DNA of 44,153 bases from Octopus bimaculoides. Taxonomy: Eukaryota. This document shows, in pieces, positions 11,292 through 22,853 of this stretch (position 1 is its first letter; every line of letters starts with the position of its first letter). The DNA is taken from assembly GCF_001194135.2 (NCBI RefSeq), contig NC_068983.1:51040452-51084604 (forward strand), written 5' to 3'. The notes beneath the pieces are model-generated. The model saw nothing but the letters and a program-made list of their open reading frames with translations, had not been told where the DNA came from and made no database searches. A program made the translations under genes and the position numbers.

Positions 11292-12114
11292 AAAAATACA
11301 AAAATGGGACATGAACGCAAAAGATCCAAACAATTAAGTGATACGAAAATGGACAACAAAACATCCAGACAGACGATAAAAAGAAAGCAAGGACGGGTCA
11401 TTCGGAGTTTTCTCTCCTCAGTGGAGTTCCTGATTATCTTCGCAATTTCGGCCGCTTATACTCGAGCTTGCTCCAATCTGGCGGGCTTTATTTCCACACA
11501 CACAGCTGCATAATTTAATTCGTCCTTAGTCGAAAGACACCTGTTGTTATGCCCTGTTAATTACATTTGAATTTTGTGTAACATTTCTGTTTTTATTTTT
11601 ATCCTTCCTTGTTCTCGCTGCTTTCTTCCAAATAATCTAATGCTCTTAGCTTAGTTTTTCATTGGGGCTGGCTAGATTGGTGCAATCTCGAGTATAACCA
11701 GCTGAAATTGCAAAGATAATCTGTAACTCGACTGAGGATAGAAAACTCATCCTTGTTTCCTTTGTATCGCCTGTGTTCAGCCAAGTCTAACTTTTCTTTC
11801 ATGGTTCGACTACCATCCGTGCCACACCTATATTCTTCCCGCGCCTGTTAAATCATATGTTCATGACGTAAGACTTTTCTTCCATACACACGCCAGCTTA
11901 ATCTAATTCATCCTTAGTCGAAAGACACCTGTTGTCATTTGCATCTGTATTTGTGTAACATTTCTATGTTTTTATTCCGCCCGCAGCTGACCAGATTGGA
12001 GCAAGCTTCAGTATAACCAGCTGAAATTGACTCGACTAAGAATAGGAAACTCTGAATGACCCAAGCTTGTTTTCTTTGTATCGTCTGTCTGGATGCTTTG
12101 TTGTCCCTGTTTTG

Positions 12115-12120
<6 letters not shown>
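11292..12120. mobile_element. Tandem-plus-inverted repeat cluster with Penelope-like architecture
   Basis: Two direct units about 388 bp apart (TCCTTAGTCGAAAGACACCTGTTGT at 11523 and 11911; AGATTGG...GTATAACCAGCTGAAATTG at ~11674 and ~11993). A partial inverted copy at 11292-11481 pairs with 11991-12120. No ORF, so the PLE call rests on architecture only. Confidence 0.5.
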
Positions 12121-12152
<32 letters not shown>

Positions 12153-12267
12153 GTGTGCGTGTGTATGTATGTGTATATATATATATATATATANNNNNNN
12201 NNNNNNNNNNNNNNNNNNNNNNNNNNNNNNNNNNNNNNNNNNNNNNNNNNNNNNNNNNNNNNNNNNN

Positions 12268-12305
<38 letters not shown>

Positions 12306-12916
12306 CGTGTATAACCGAACGATACATTGAAGATTTTCGAAATATTTCGTGTGAGAAAACGATGCAATATCTTTAGAGTGTTATATTTTGTGCCATGTGA
12401 TAAATCTTAATTTTACTTTCACTCAGCAGCTGTGATTTTTCTATTTATTTTCAGAATATAATTGTGCTTGTCTCATTATAATTTTTCCATTGAGTTTGCC
12501 GAAAGTCATTGCTGATTTTTCTCTGTTATATGGTGTTTTGTTTCATTTACGTAAACACTGAATCTACACCCTTCTTAGTACGCTACATTTTGTTTGTTAT
12601 TATCCAGGGGTGAAAATCCTTTGCCCTTTAGACGAAATCCATATCTTCACCTATTTTTTTCATCTGGTGTATCTAGATCCTTCGTCAACTAATACTTATA
12701 TATTTATTTTCCCTTCTTATTACCATCTATAACTATTTCGTCTTCCTCACAGGACAAACGGGTAGTTAGCATATTATATCTTTCAGACGAAGAAACTTTG
12801 CTACCCTCAGCCTTATAACTGTTAATGCTCCGGGAGCTATAGTTTTGTCACTATGTTAGTGGTGCAGTCGTTAATATTTGTATCGTTTTAATACTTTCCT
12901 GCCTAACCTTCGCATT

Positions 12917-14159
12917 TCTCCCGTAAATGCAGGTGCATTTTACGCAATTGCCCAATCTACGTTTAACCCTGTGGCAGTTATGTTAGATGTAAAAACTCTA
13001 AAGGTAAATTTTATATTCAAGGACGAATCGTCTTCACACAGGGGCTGTATTGTTGGATAGTTGTATTTGAAGTCCGAGTGAAACAAAATGTAGCAGAACA
13101 GTCTTCACAATATAGCGGATAAGATTTCTCCCTTCTATATTTTATGAAATATCATCTTTCTCGGCGCCTCCCATTGGAAACGGTTCCCTACGTGTTGGTA
13201 AACGTCGAGGATAAAGGAAATACACGTGCAGTTTAAAGTTCCCTGACATAGGTTTATTGTAAAAATTTGTTTCAGCTCTTTGTTTTTATACGCCATAAAA
13301 TATATCGTTAATTATTGGTCTTACAGCGAGTCCAACTTCTCTTTTTCAATTTTGTCTTTTATTGAACCAATTACATGGACAATAATGAATATTCATATTT
13401 GGAGGTGCAATGACTCAGTGGTTAGGGCAGCCGACTCGCACTAATAAGATTGCAGTTTCTATTCCCAGACCGGGCGTTGTGAGTGTTTCCTGAGCGAAAA
13501 CACAACTCCAGGAGGTTCCGACAGTTGGTGGTGGCGAACCCTGCTGTACGCTTTCACCACTACATTTCCTCACTCTTTCTTTCTGTTTCTGGTGTACCTG
13601 TGTTTCAAAGGGTTAGCCTTGTCATACTCTGTGTCACGCTGAATCTTCCCGAGAACTATGTTAAGGGTAAACGTGTCTATGGTGTGGCGAGCTAATTTCA
13701 CGAGCAGGCTGTTCCGTTGATTGAATGAACTGGAACCCTCATCGTCGTAACCGACCGAGTGCTGTGGTAATATTCATATTTTGCCTGACATTTCAACCCA
13801 TGTGTTGACTGCATTGTTATTGTTATAGTACAACAGTTAGGAACATATAGTTTTCAGTGTCCAATTAAAATAACTTCCAGCGGCACATGCAAATTGATGC
13901 TAAAGAGAATTTAATCCACTTCTATCATTTAAGTAGTGAGATATGACATTTTCTTCACTCTGTCTCCCGTAAATGCAGTTGCATTTTACGCAATTGTCCA
14001 ATCTACGTTTAACCCTGTGGCAGTTATGTTAGATGCAAAAACTCTAAAGGTAAATTTTCTATTCAAGGACGAATCGTCTTCACACAGGGGCTGTATTGTT
14101 GGATAGTTGTATTTGAAGTCCGAGTGAAACAAAATGTAGCAGAACAGTCTTCACAATAT
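12917..14159. repeat. 197-bp direct duplication (12917-13113 and 13963-14159), 4 substitutions
   Basis: Aligned by eye, offset 1046 bp, 193/197 identical. Confidence 0.95.
13401..13768 (+). mobile_element. Near-full-length tRNA-derived SINE, family C, with a 13-bp TSD
   Basis: A-box-like TGACTCAGTGG at 13411-13421 and B-box-like GTTTCTATTCCC at 13455-13466. TSD AATATTCATATTT at 13388-13400 and 13769-13781. Confidence 0.9.
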
Positions 14160-14854
14160 TCTTTGGTACGTGGTACATGCGATAGAATCTGTTTGGAAAC
14201 ACCTCCCGTTGTCGTATTAAGCTAGGATGTTGGAAAAATGTGTGCAGAAATATTTTGGTTGCCGTGGTGGACCTCACTGAATGGACGAAGAGGGCATATA
14301 CATTTCTCTAAGAATTCATCTCATAATTCCAACGCAATAAAAACACAGAAACTCTATTGCCACTAGTCTAATATCCTCTTTATAGTAACACCACTTCAAC
14401 AGAACAAAAATTCCCCTGGTATTTTGTAAACTGAATTTGAAGCCTTCCCCCGTATGATAACTGTAGAGAATAGGCTATTAGGGCAAATAACCACCCTTAT
14501 ATTAGACAATCTTTTTATAGTTAATTCGGTGAAGGTTTATAATTCAATTTACAAAATTTCTCTTTCCATTGTGCTGAATTCACGCAGAATTCGCACATGA
14601 TGACATATATATCTGGTATGTTATTTAAGGTACCTACTTTTTTTGTTGCTCAAATGCATACTACACGCCGATCTAACTTATTTCCCATTTTGTATTATAG
14701 TTAATTAAATTTAATTTCTTTCGTCAACTCAAAGCGCACCCGACAAGATTATTCGTCCACTATAAACCGTTGTTAGGTAGCAATATTATTGGATGAGGGT
14801 AAGGCATTATAACCCCCACCCCCGAAAAACTAATGCGGATGCCAAATATTCTTT

Positions 14855-15146
14855 TCTTTCCTACTCTAGGCACAAGGCCGGAAATTCTGGAGGAGGGGAA
14901 ATTAAATTAATTACATCGACCCGAATAGGCAACTGGCACTCGATTTATCGACCGCTAACGAATGAAAGTCAAAGTCGACCTTGGCGGAATTTGAACTCAG
15001 AATGTAAAGACAAACGAAATACGGCTAAGCATTTTACCCGGCATGCGATCGTTTCTTATTTCTTCATTGCCTACAAGGTGCTAAACAAGGACAGACAAAC
15101 GGATTAAGTAGATTACGTCGACCCCAGTGCGTAACTGGTACTTAAT
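14855..15146 (-). mobile_element. Two adjacent SINE family B copies with different 3' tails (~14855-15052 and ~15053-15146, the second cut by a gap)
   Basis: Both contain ATCGACCC...AACTGG(C/T)ACT. The first has GGCGGAATTTGAACTC (B-box antisense). The tails differ: CTACTCTAGGCACAAGGCC versus CATTGCCTACAAGG...GGACAGACAAACGG. Confidence 0.85.
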
Positions 15147-16649
15147 NNNNNNNNNNNNNNNNNNNNNNNNNNNNNNNNNNNNNNNNNNNNNNNNNNNNNN
15201 NNNNNNNNNNNNNNNNNNNNNNNNNNNNNNNNNNNNNNNNNNNNNNNNNNNNNNNNNNNNNNNNNNNNNNNNNNNNNNNNNNNNNNNNNNNNNNNNNNNN
15301 NNNNNNNNNNNNNNNNNNNNNNNNNNNNNNNNNNNNNNNNNNNNNNNNNNNNNNNNNNNNNNNNNNNNNNNNNNNNNNNNNNNNNNNNNNNNNNNNNNNN
15401 NNNNNNNNNNNNNNNNNNNNNNNNNNNNNNNNNNNNNNNNNNNNNNNNNNNNNNNNNNNNNNNNNNNNNNNNNNNNNNNNNNNNNNNNNNNNNNNNNNNN
15501 NNNNNNNNNNNNNNNNNNNNNNNNNNNNNNNNNNNNNNNNNNNNNNNNNNNNNNNNNNNNNNNNNNNNNNNNNNNNNNNNNNNNNNNNNNNNNNNNNNNN
15601 NNNNNNNNNNNNNNNNNNNNNNNNNNNNNNNNNNNNNNNNNNNNNNNNNNNNNNNNNNNNNNNNNNNNNNNNNNNNNNNNNNNNNNNNNNNNNNNNNNNN
15701 NNNNNNNNNNNNNNNNNNNNNNNNNNNNNNNNNNNNNNNNNNNNNNNNNNNNNNNNNNNNNNNNNNNNNNNNNNNNNNNNNNNNNNNNNNNNNNNNNNNN
15801 NNNNNNNNNNNNNNNNNNNNNNNNNNNNNNNNNNNNNNNNNNNNNNNNNNNNNNNNNNNNNNNNNNNNNNNNNNNNNNNNNNNNNNNNNNNNNNNNNNNN
15901 NNNNNNNTATGCATGTATACGTAGCGTACAGGCAAAAGTCACACACATATGTGCATAATTTACATATTTTAGGGGCGTGAATTTCGGCAACAAAAATAAT
16001 ATTATATATATATCATATAACTTCGTGACTTTCTAAATTAACGTCGCTTCGAGAAGTTTTGAATTAACTAATAACAGAATTTAAAATGGTACAATAAGAG
16101 AGGGGAAGGCATTCTGAAGGGTTCGTCAATAAATATATTAATCTGGGAAACTTCATGGGTGCCAAAAAAATTAGTATGAATTGGAGACTCGAAAATTTAA
16201 CTCGTCATCCTTAGTGTAATTTTGGGCCATAAATCTTTCCTTCTATGAAACCAGCAAGTATTCAACATCTAGAAAGATAACAGATTTTAGTAATAACCTA
16301 AGGTAATTTGCATAATTAAAATATTAATGTTCTCTTGTAGCATTTCAAAAAAGATGAAATAAATAACCTCCGAAAGAATGGAAGAAAGAAAGACATGAGC
16401 AGAAAGAAATATAGAGAGAGTGAGAGAGTGTGGATTGGTAGTTACAATACGATTTCTACTAATTTTGTGCGTAAGAATTAGGTGACATGTACTCTACGAT
16501 CAAAGTTTTGTTAACTTATGTTCCGAACGTTAGTGCTTGAGGCGAAAATGTGGGCAATGTTAGACGCATGATAATATTGTTTCGTTTCTGTATTGGATAT
16601 TTAATTTGCTTAATTATTTTTATATTTTTATTAAAATTATGAACTCATA

Positions 16650-16725
16650 CTGCTACTACTACTACTACTACTACTAGTATTAGTACTACTGCTGCTGCTG
16701 CTGCTGTTGCTGATGCTGTTGCTAT
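16650..16725. repeat. Compound trinucleotide repeat (CTA)n(CTG)n
   Basis: Read directly. Confidence 0.9.
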
Positions 16726-16730
16726 CATAA

Positions 16731-16802
16731 TTATTACCTCCACCTTAGCGAAGGCGGAGGTGTTGTTTCTAGTCTTGTTTGCCGTGGACTATATATCTCA
16801 AA
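16731..16802 (+). mobile_element. Truncated 5' end of a Helentron-type non-autonomous element (HINE-like)
   Basis: TTATTACCTCCACCTT-AGCG-AAGGCGGAGGT terminal hairpin. Continues like the 16900 copy (CCGTGGACTATATATCTC versus CCACGGACAATATATCTC). Confidence 0.55.
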
Positions 16803-16807
16803 AAATG

Positions 16808-16890
16808 AGTACCAGTTGAGCACGGCTCTCGATGTAATTGGCTTGTCCTTTCCCCTGAACTTGCCAGCCTTGTGCCAAAATTTGAAGCCA
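16808..16890 (+). mobile_element. SINE family B 3' fragment between the two HINE-like starts
   Basis: GTACCAGTTGAGCACGGCTCTCGATGTAATTGGCTT...GCCTTGTGCCAAAATTTGAA matches the 3' ends of the 17541 and 17768 copies. Confidence 0.6.
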
Positions 16891-16899
16891 TTATTATTG

Positions 16900-17233
16900 T
16901 TATTACCTCCGCCTTATCAAAAGAGGTTGTATTTATTTTCAGTTGTGTTTGCTTGTTTGTTCGTCCACGGACAATATATCTCCAGAACACTTGGATGGAT
17001 TCGGATGGAACTTCCAGGATATTTGGCCCAGTGACTGACTAGATTTTGGGATCGAGCCGGCACGGGACAAGGTTTCTGGATTATTTTTCCTGTTTTTTTT
17101 TTACATAATTTTCGAGAGCGGTCGGGTTAATTTTAATATTCTCGTTTGTGAGAGCAGTCCAGTTTATTTCAGATATCCTAATTTTAAAAGTCAGCTCCTT
17201 GCCGGAGGTTTGTACTCTCTGAGTGCTCTTGTT
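16900..17233 (+). mobile_element. Helentron-associated non-autonomous element (HINE/DINE-1-like)
   Basis: 5' TTATTACCTCCGCC, a short GTTT-type microsatellite, a 3' subterminal inverted copy GCCGGAGGT (17201-17209), a terminal hairpin GTACTC-TCT-GAGTGC (17212-17226), and an end at TCTTGTT. This is the established HINE layout. Confidence 0.65.
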
Positions 17234-17540
17234 ACACTTACTTATATTTTGATATCAATGGGTAATATTGTGCAGGTATTGCAGAATATTGATATTGTTC
17301 AACATTGCTTCTAATGCAGTTGAATTTTCATACTTGACTCAAGTAATGACGTAGAGTGGAGAGAAAGATGTTTTCAGAATATAGAACACAAAATGTGTGT
17401 GAGTATTCTTGCTTAGTACAATTTTTCTTGATTTTCTCATATGCTAATTTTTCGTAGAAAGTTTTCGAGGAAGCCACGCCTGTTTTCTTCGTGCCAAATA
17501 TTGTTCCATCTGTCGTTCTCATTATTGTTATACTTATAGA

Positions 17541-17952
17541 AGGCGGTAAGCTGGCAGAATCGTTAGTGCACCAGAAAAAAATGCTTAGTTGTATTTCGCC
17601 CATCACTACGCTCCGAGTTCAAATTCTGCAGAGGTCAACTTCACCTTTTATCGTTTTTGAATCGATAAAATAAATACCAGTTGTATATTGGGTCGATGTA
17701 TTCGATTCATCCCTCCCCCCAAAATTACTGCCTTTGCGGCAAAATTTGAATCTACTATTATTAGGGAAAGGCGGCAAGCTGGTAGAATCGTTAGCACGCT
17801 GAGCAAAAGGTTTTACGGTATTTGGTCTGTCTTCACGTTCTGTGGTCAAATTCGACCAAGGTCTACTTTGCATTTCATCCTTTCAGACTCGAATAAATAC
17901 GTACCAGTTAATTCATTAGCCCAAATTTGAGGCCTTGTGCGTCCAGTAGAAA
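17541..17952 (+). mobile_element. Two head-to-tail SINE family B copies (17541-~17750 and 17768-17952)
   Basis: Both start AGGCGG(T/C)AAGCTGG(C/T)AGAATCGTTAG (A-box-like) and have B-box-like GAGTTCAAATTC or GGTCAAATTC. Confidence 0.85.
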
Positions 17953-17957
17953 TGATT

Positions 17958-17998
<41 letters not shown>

Positions 17999-18012
17999 TA
18001 TCATCATCATCA

Positions 18013-18064
<52 letters not shown>
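17953..18064. repeat. (ATC)n(ATT)n microsatellite tail of the SINE
   Basis: Read directly. Confidence 0.95.
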
Positions 18065-18065
<1 letters not shown>

Positions 18066-19140
18066 GAACGGCGTGCATTGCTGAATTGTGGGGTTATATC
18101 NNNNNNNNNNNNNNNNNNNNNNNNNNNNNNNNNNNNNNNNNNNNNNNNNNNNNNNNNNNNNNNNNNNNNNNNNNNNNNNNNNNNNNNNNNNNNNNNNNNN
18201 NNNNNNNNNNNNNNNNNNNNNNNNNNNNNNNNNNNNNNNNNNNNNNNNNNNNNNNNNNNNNNNNNNNNNNNNNNNNNNNNNNNNNNNNNNNNNNNNNNNN
18301 NNNNNNNNNNNNNNNNNNNNNNNNNNNNNNNNNNNNNNNNNNNNNNNNNNNNNNNNNNNNNNNNNNNNNNNNNNNNNNNNNNNNNNNNNNNNNNNNNNNN
18401 NNNNNNNNNNNNNNNNNNNNNNNNNNNNNNNNNNNNNNNNNNNNNNNNNNNNNNNNNNNNNNNNNNNNNNNNNNNNNNNNNNNNNNNNNNNNNNNNNNNN
18501 NNNNNNNNNNNNNNNNNNNNNNNNNNNNNNNNNNNNNNNNNNNNNNNNNNNNNNNNNNNNNNNNNNNNNNNNNNNNNNNNNNNNNNNNNNNNNNNNNNNN
18601 NNNNNNNNNNNNNNNNNNNNNNNNNNNNNNNNNNNNNNNNNNNNNNNNNNNNNNNNNNNNNNNNNNNNNNNNNNNNNNNNNNNNNNNNNNNNNNNNNNNN
18701 NNNNNNNNNNNNNNNNNNNNNNNNNNNNNNNNNNNNNNNNNNNNNNNNNNNNNNNNNNNNNNNNNNNNNNNNNNNNNNNNNNNNNNNNNNNNNNNNNNNN
18801 NNNNNNNNNNNNNNNNNNNNNNNNNNNNNNNNNNNNNNNNNNNNNNNNNNNNNNNNNNNNNNNNNNNNNNNNNNNNNNNNNNNNNNNNNNNNNNNNNNNN
18901 NTGATTCCCATTTGCAATGATCTTAAAATCTTACGTCTAGCTATTTCTTTGTTTAATAGTGCTCACTAGCGTAGTAAATGTTGCTTTCATTATTTTATCA
19001 AAGTTATAATTTCTCTTTTTTAAACAAACATCACGTTAGTCCAACAACAGAGGGAGAAGCAGCTTGTCAAGTTTTAATTTTCCCTCAAAGCAACATAGAG
19101 ACTTCAATTCAGCATCCCATCCGTAAGCTGTGCAGTGGGT

Positions 19141-19285
<145 letters not shown>

Positions 19286-20180
19286 ACATTGCAACAATAA
19301 ATGATGTAAACATGAAATGAAAAATAAATCGGTATAATTCAAAGGGCATTATTACAAATATACACGCCTCCGAATTTGTTGCCTTATAACATCCATAAAG
19401 ATCGATACTTATAAACAATTTTTTTTACAAATAGCGCTTAAGCGTCGTAGCTTCAGAGAATATAGGGATTTATGGGAAATATGTTTTGCGAGGGGTCGGA
19501 GAAAAGAGTTTCAAGTAATTCACACGATCTGACTTTTTTCCCTCATAACTTTCAGGAAGATGATTGAGTATTTTTTAATGAAATTTCATACAAATCCATT
19601 TCTACCGGCATAGACTACGATTATAACAAAATTTGCTGGAAACTTTTTCGGGGATTTTCCGAACTTTTTCTAAACCACTGACTTCGAAATGATGAAAAAA
19701 TGTTTATTTACACCTCTCTCAATATCCTGAGAAGAGAATTTTCGTTAAAAAAAGTTCTATATTTTCAGAGGGAAAAGTGATTTAAGGGCGATTTGGCCGC
19801 TGACTCTAGCACATCCAAAAACAGCCTTCATCGTTTCTTTATCGCTGTCGCATGTATTAAAGTTTTCCAATATTTTCCCCCATAAATACATTTATATGCT
19901 ATAAAAAAGAACATTTTAGAAATTATGAATTATTTGCAACCCCACTCCCTGCCTCCAGTTGTTTCTGTCTAGAAATTAGACTATTTGAGAGCCTGAGAAG
20001 TTCATTGCTGGCACTTATATACAGTGGTTTAAAATAAATTCGGAGATATACTTGTACAGAAAGTGACACAACCTGCGATCATGTACAGAAACAAAAGAAT
20101 TGCAGCGTGGTAGATGTTTGTAAACCATTCAAGAACACACAAATACCGGTAGTTTCACCTCAACATTAAAACTACATTTG

Positions 20181-20227
20181 TGTCAAAATATTTTCGTTGC
20201 TTTGAAACCGCGAACTGTTCGCTGACA
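20181..20227 (-). ncRNA. Hammerhead-like fold with a G3-C8 swapped core (family H3); predicted UUU site between 20186 and 20185
   Basis: Minus strand reads UGUCA GCGAACA GUU(C)GC-GGUUUCAAA-GCAAC GAA AAUAUU U / UGACA: 5-bp stem I, 5-bp stem II with one bulge, and a palindromic stem III AAUAUU. U4 is C in this copy. Confidence 0.45.
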
Positions 20228-21816
20228 AGACTACACAAAAGTNNNNNNNNNNNNNNNNNNNNNNNNNNNNNNNNNNNNNNNNNNNNNNNNNNNNNNNNNN
20301 NNNNNNNNNNNNNNNNNNNNNNNNNNNNNNNNNNNNNNNNNNNNNNNNNNNNNNNNNNNNNNNNNNNNNNNNNNNNNNNNNNNNNNNNNNNNNNNNNNNN
20401 NNNNNNNNNNNNNNNNNNNNNNNNNNNNNNNNNNNNNNNNNNNNNNNNNNNNNNNNNNNNNNNNNNNNNNNNNNNNNNNNNNNNNNNNNNNNNNNNNNNN
20501 NNNNNNNNNNNNNNNNNNNNNNNNNNNNNNNNNNNNNNNNNNNNNNNNNNNNNNNNNNNNNNNNNNNNNNNNNNNNNNNNNNNNNNNNNNNNNNNNNNNN
20601 NNNNNNNNNNNNNNNNNNNNNNNNNNNNNNNNNNNNNNNNNNNNNNNNNNNNNNNNNNNNNNNNNNNNNNNNNNNNNNNNNNNNNNNNNNNNNNNNNNNN
20701 NNNNNNNNNNNNNNNNNNNNNNNNNNNNNNNNNNNNNNNNNNNNNNNNNNNNNNNNNNNNNNNNNNNNNNNNNNNNNNNNNNNNNNNNNNNNNNNNNNNN
20801 NNNNNNNNNNNNNNNNNNNNNNNNNNNNNNNNNNNNNNNNNNNNNNNNNNNNNNNNNNNNNNNNNNNNNNNNNNNNNNNNNNNNNNNNNNNNNNNNNNNN
20901 NNNNNNNNNNNNNNNNNNNNNNNNNNNNNNNNNNNNNNNNNNNNNNNNNNNNNNNNNNNNNNNNNNNNNNNNNNNNNNNNNNNNNNNNNNNNNNNNNNNN
21001 NNNNNNNNNNNNNNNNNNNNNNNNNNNNNNNNNNNNNNNNNNNNNNNNNNNNNNNNNNNNNNNNNNNNNNNNNNNNNNNNNNNNNNNNNNNNNNNNNNNN
21101 NNNNATTTTCGTTGCTTTGAAACCGCGAACTGTTCGCTGACAAGACTACACAAAAGTGATGCAGCACGAAATTTTGTCAGTGAAGAGTACACACACATAC
21201 ACCCCTACCACACACACACACTCACTCACAGGCACGCACACATGCACAGAAACATTCATTGCATTTCATTTTTGTGTGTATATATATTGCGTATTGGTGT
21301 GCGCTTATTTGTGTGTGCGCACTCGCACACATGTGTATTACTGCTGAAGTTGTGTTGGGAAACTGTGAATAAGGTGCCATTTTTGAGTACTTTCGGTAAC
21401 TTTCTGTTGTTTTCTCCTCGTCTTCTAATAGTAATTACTCAACTTTCTAGGCTCATCTTACAGCTATACTTCTTTCAAAAATTATACAGGTATTAAAAGA
21501 AAAATTAAGTCAATAAATAATGTTTTTACATTACATATATATTCATAGCGAATTAAAACTTAAAACAGAAAGTGAGAAACTTTGCACATTAAAATTGAAA
21601 ACTGAACAGTGAATGCAATGAATATTTAAATTTGCGAGAAATTGGAGTTACAAAATTCACTAAACTTGAGAGATCGAAATTATAGGAAATTTCTTAGAAT
21701 ATGAATTTATAAAAATAGTTCCAGACGGTCAAACTATTAATAACTGCTTTGTTTTAGCACCTTTCGTAATTGATACATACCTAATTAATAAGCAGCTTTC
21801 TCCATGATAGTATAGA

Positions 21817-21860
21817 TTATTATTATTATTATCATTATTATTATTATTATCATTATTATT
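21817..21860. repeat. (ATT)n tract at the 3' junction of the retroelement
   Basis: Read directly. Confidence 0.9.
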
Positions 21861-22192
21861 GTTCAGTAGTTTTATTTTTATAACGTGCTTTCACTTCACT
21901 ACCGAGCGCAGCTCTGTGCGCCTTGGGTGTGTGCTGTGGTTTGCTGTGGTGCTCTTATGTTTACTGTATTGAAAGTGCTTTGCGTAGAATGTGTGCAGTA
22001 CCCAGTAGTGCAATTTTCTGTATGTTATATATATTTGTAAGTCCTGGTGTTTTTGTTATGTATTTGTCTGAATATTTTTTTATTATACCTAAGGCACCTA
22101 CTATGATAGGAATTGTTTCTGTTTTTAGATTCCACATTCGAGTTATCTCTATTTCCAGGTCTTTGTATTTTGATAGTTTTTCCATTTCTTTT
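21861..22192 (-). mobile_element. 3' end of an R4/Dong-like non-LTR retrotransposon with a restriction-like endonuclease (ORF C-terminus plus ~100-nt 3'UTR)
   Basis: The frame open from the gap to the stop at 21961 encodes EKLSKYKDLEIEITRMWNLKTETIPIIVGALG...LLGTAHILRKAL, with the K-x2-KY-x2-L and P-x3-GALG motifs of RLE domains. (TAA)n lies on both sides of the gap. Confidence 0.85.
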
Positions 22193-22683
22193 NNNNNNNN
22201 NNNNNNNNNNNNNNNNNNNNNNNNNNNNNNNNNNNNNNNNNNNNNNNNNNNNNNNNNNNNNNNNNNNNNNNNNNNNNNNNNNNNNNNNNNNNNNNNNNNN
22301 NNNNNNNNNNNNNNNNNNNNNNNNNNNNNNNNNNNNNNNNNNNNNNNNNNNNNNNNNNNNNNNNNNNNNNNNNNNNNNNNNNNNNNNNNNNNNNNNNNNN
22401 NNNNNNNNNNNNNNNNNNNNNNNNNNNNNNNNNNNNNNNNNNNNNNNNNNNNNNNNNNNNNNNNNNNNNNNNNNNNNNNNNNNNNNNNNNNNNNNNNNNN
22501 NNNNNNNNNNNNNNNNNNNNNNNNNNNNNNNNNNNNNNNNNNNNNNNNNNNNNNNNNNNNNNNNNNNNNNNNNNNNNNNNNNNNNNNNNNNNNNNNNNNN
22601 NNNNNNNNNNNNNNNNNNNNNNNNNNNNNNNNNNNNNNNNNNNNNNNNNNNNNNNNNNNNNNNNNNNNNNNNNNNNNGTTCTA

Positions 22684-22853
<170 letters not shown>

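Noticed and set aside
11390-11430. CUGAGGA-GAG-AAAA-CUC-C-GAAUGAC hammerhead-like string (also ~11752 on +)
   Set aside because: No A15.1-U16.1 pair, no NUH site and no stem I. The other copies do not keep stem II.
13401-13470. tRNA-like A/B boxes (also in SINE families A and B)
   Set aside because: These are SINE heads continuing into SINE bodies; no complete cloverleaf, so they are not tRNA genes.
17328-17530. Protein-like minus-strand frame (DGTIFGTKKTG...LRHYLSQ) with a GTATGA donor
   Set aside because: The acceptor is purine-rich, the ORF start lies in a SINE, and no family motif is recognised.
19040-19122. 83-nt segment with good acceptor and GTAAGC donor
   Set aside because: Two frames are open, neither peptide is recognisable, and there is no partner exon.
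19395-19990. Stretch that looks like the interior of a non-autonomous DNA element
   Set aside because: No termini, TSD or second copy found in the window.
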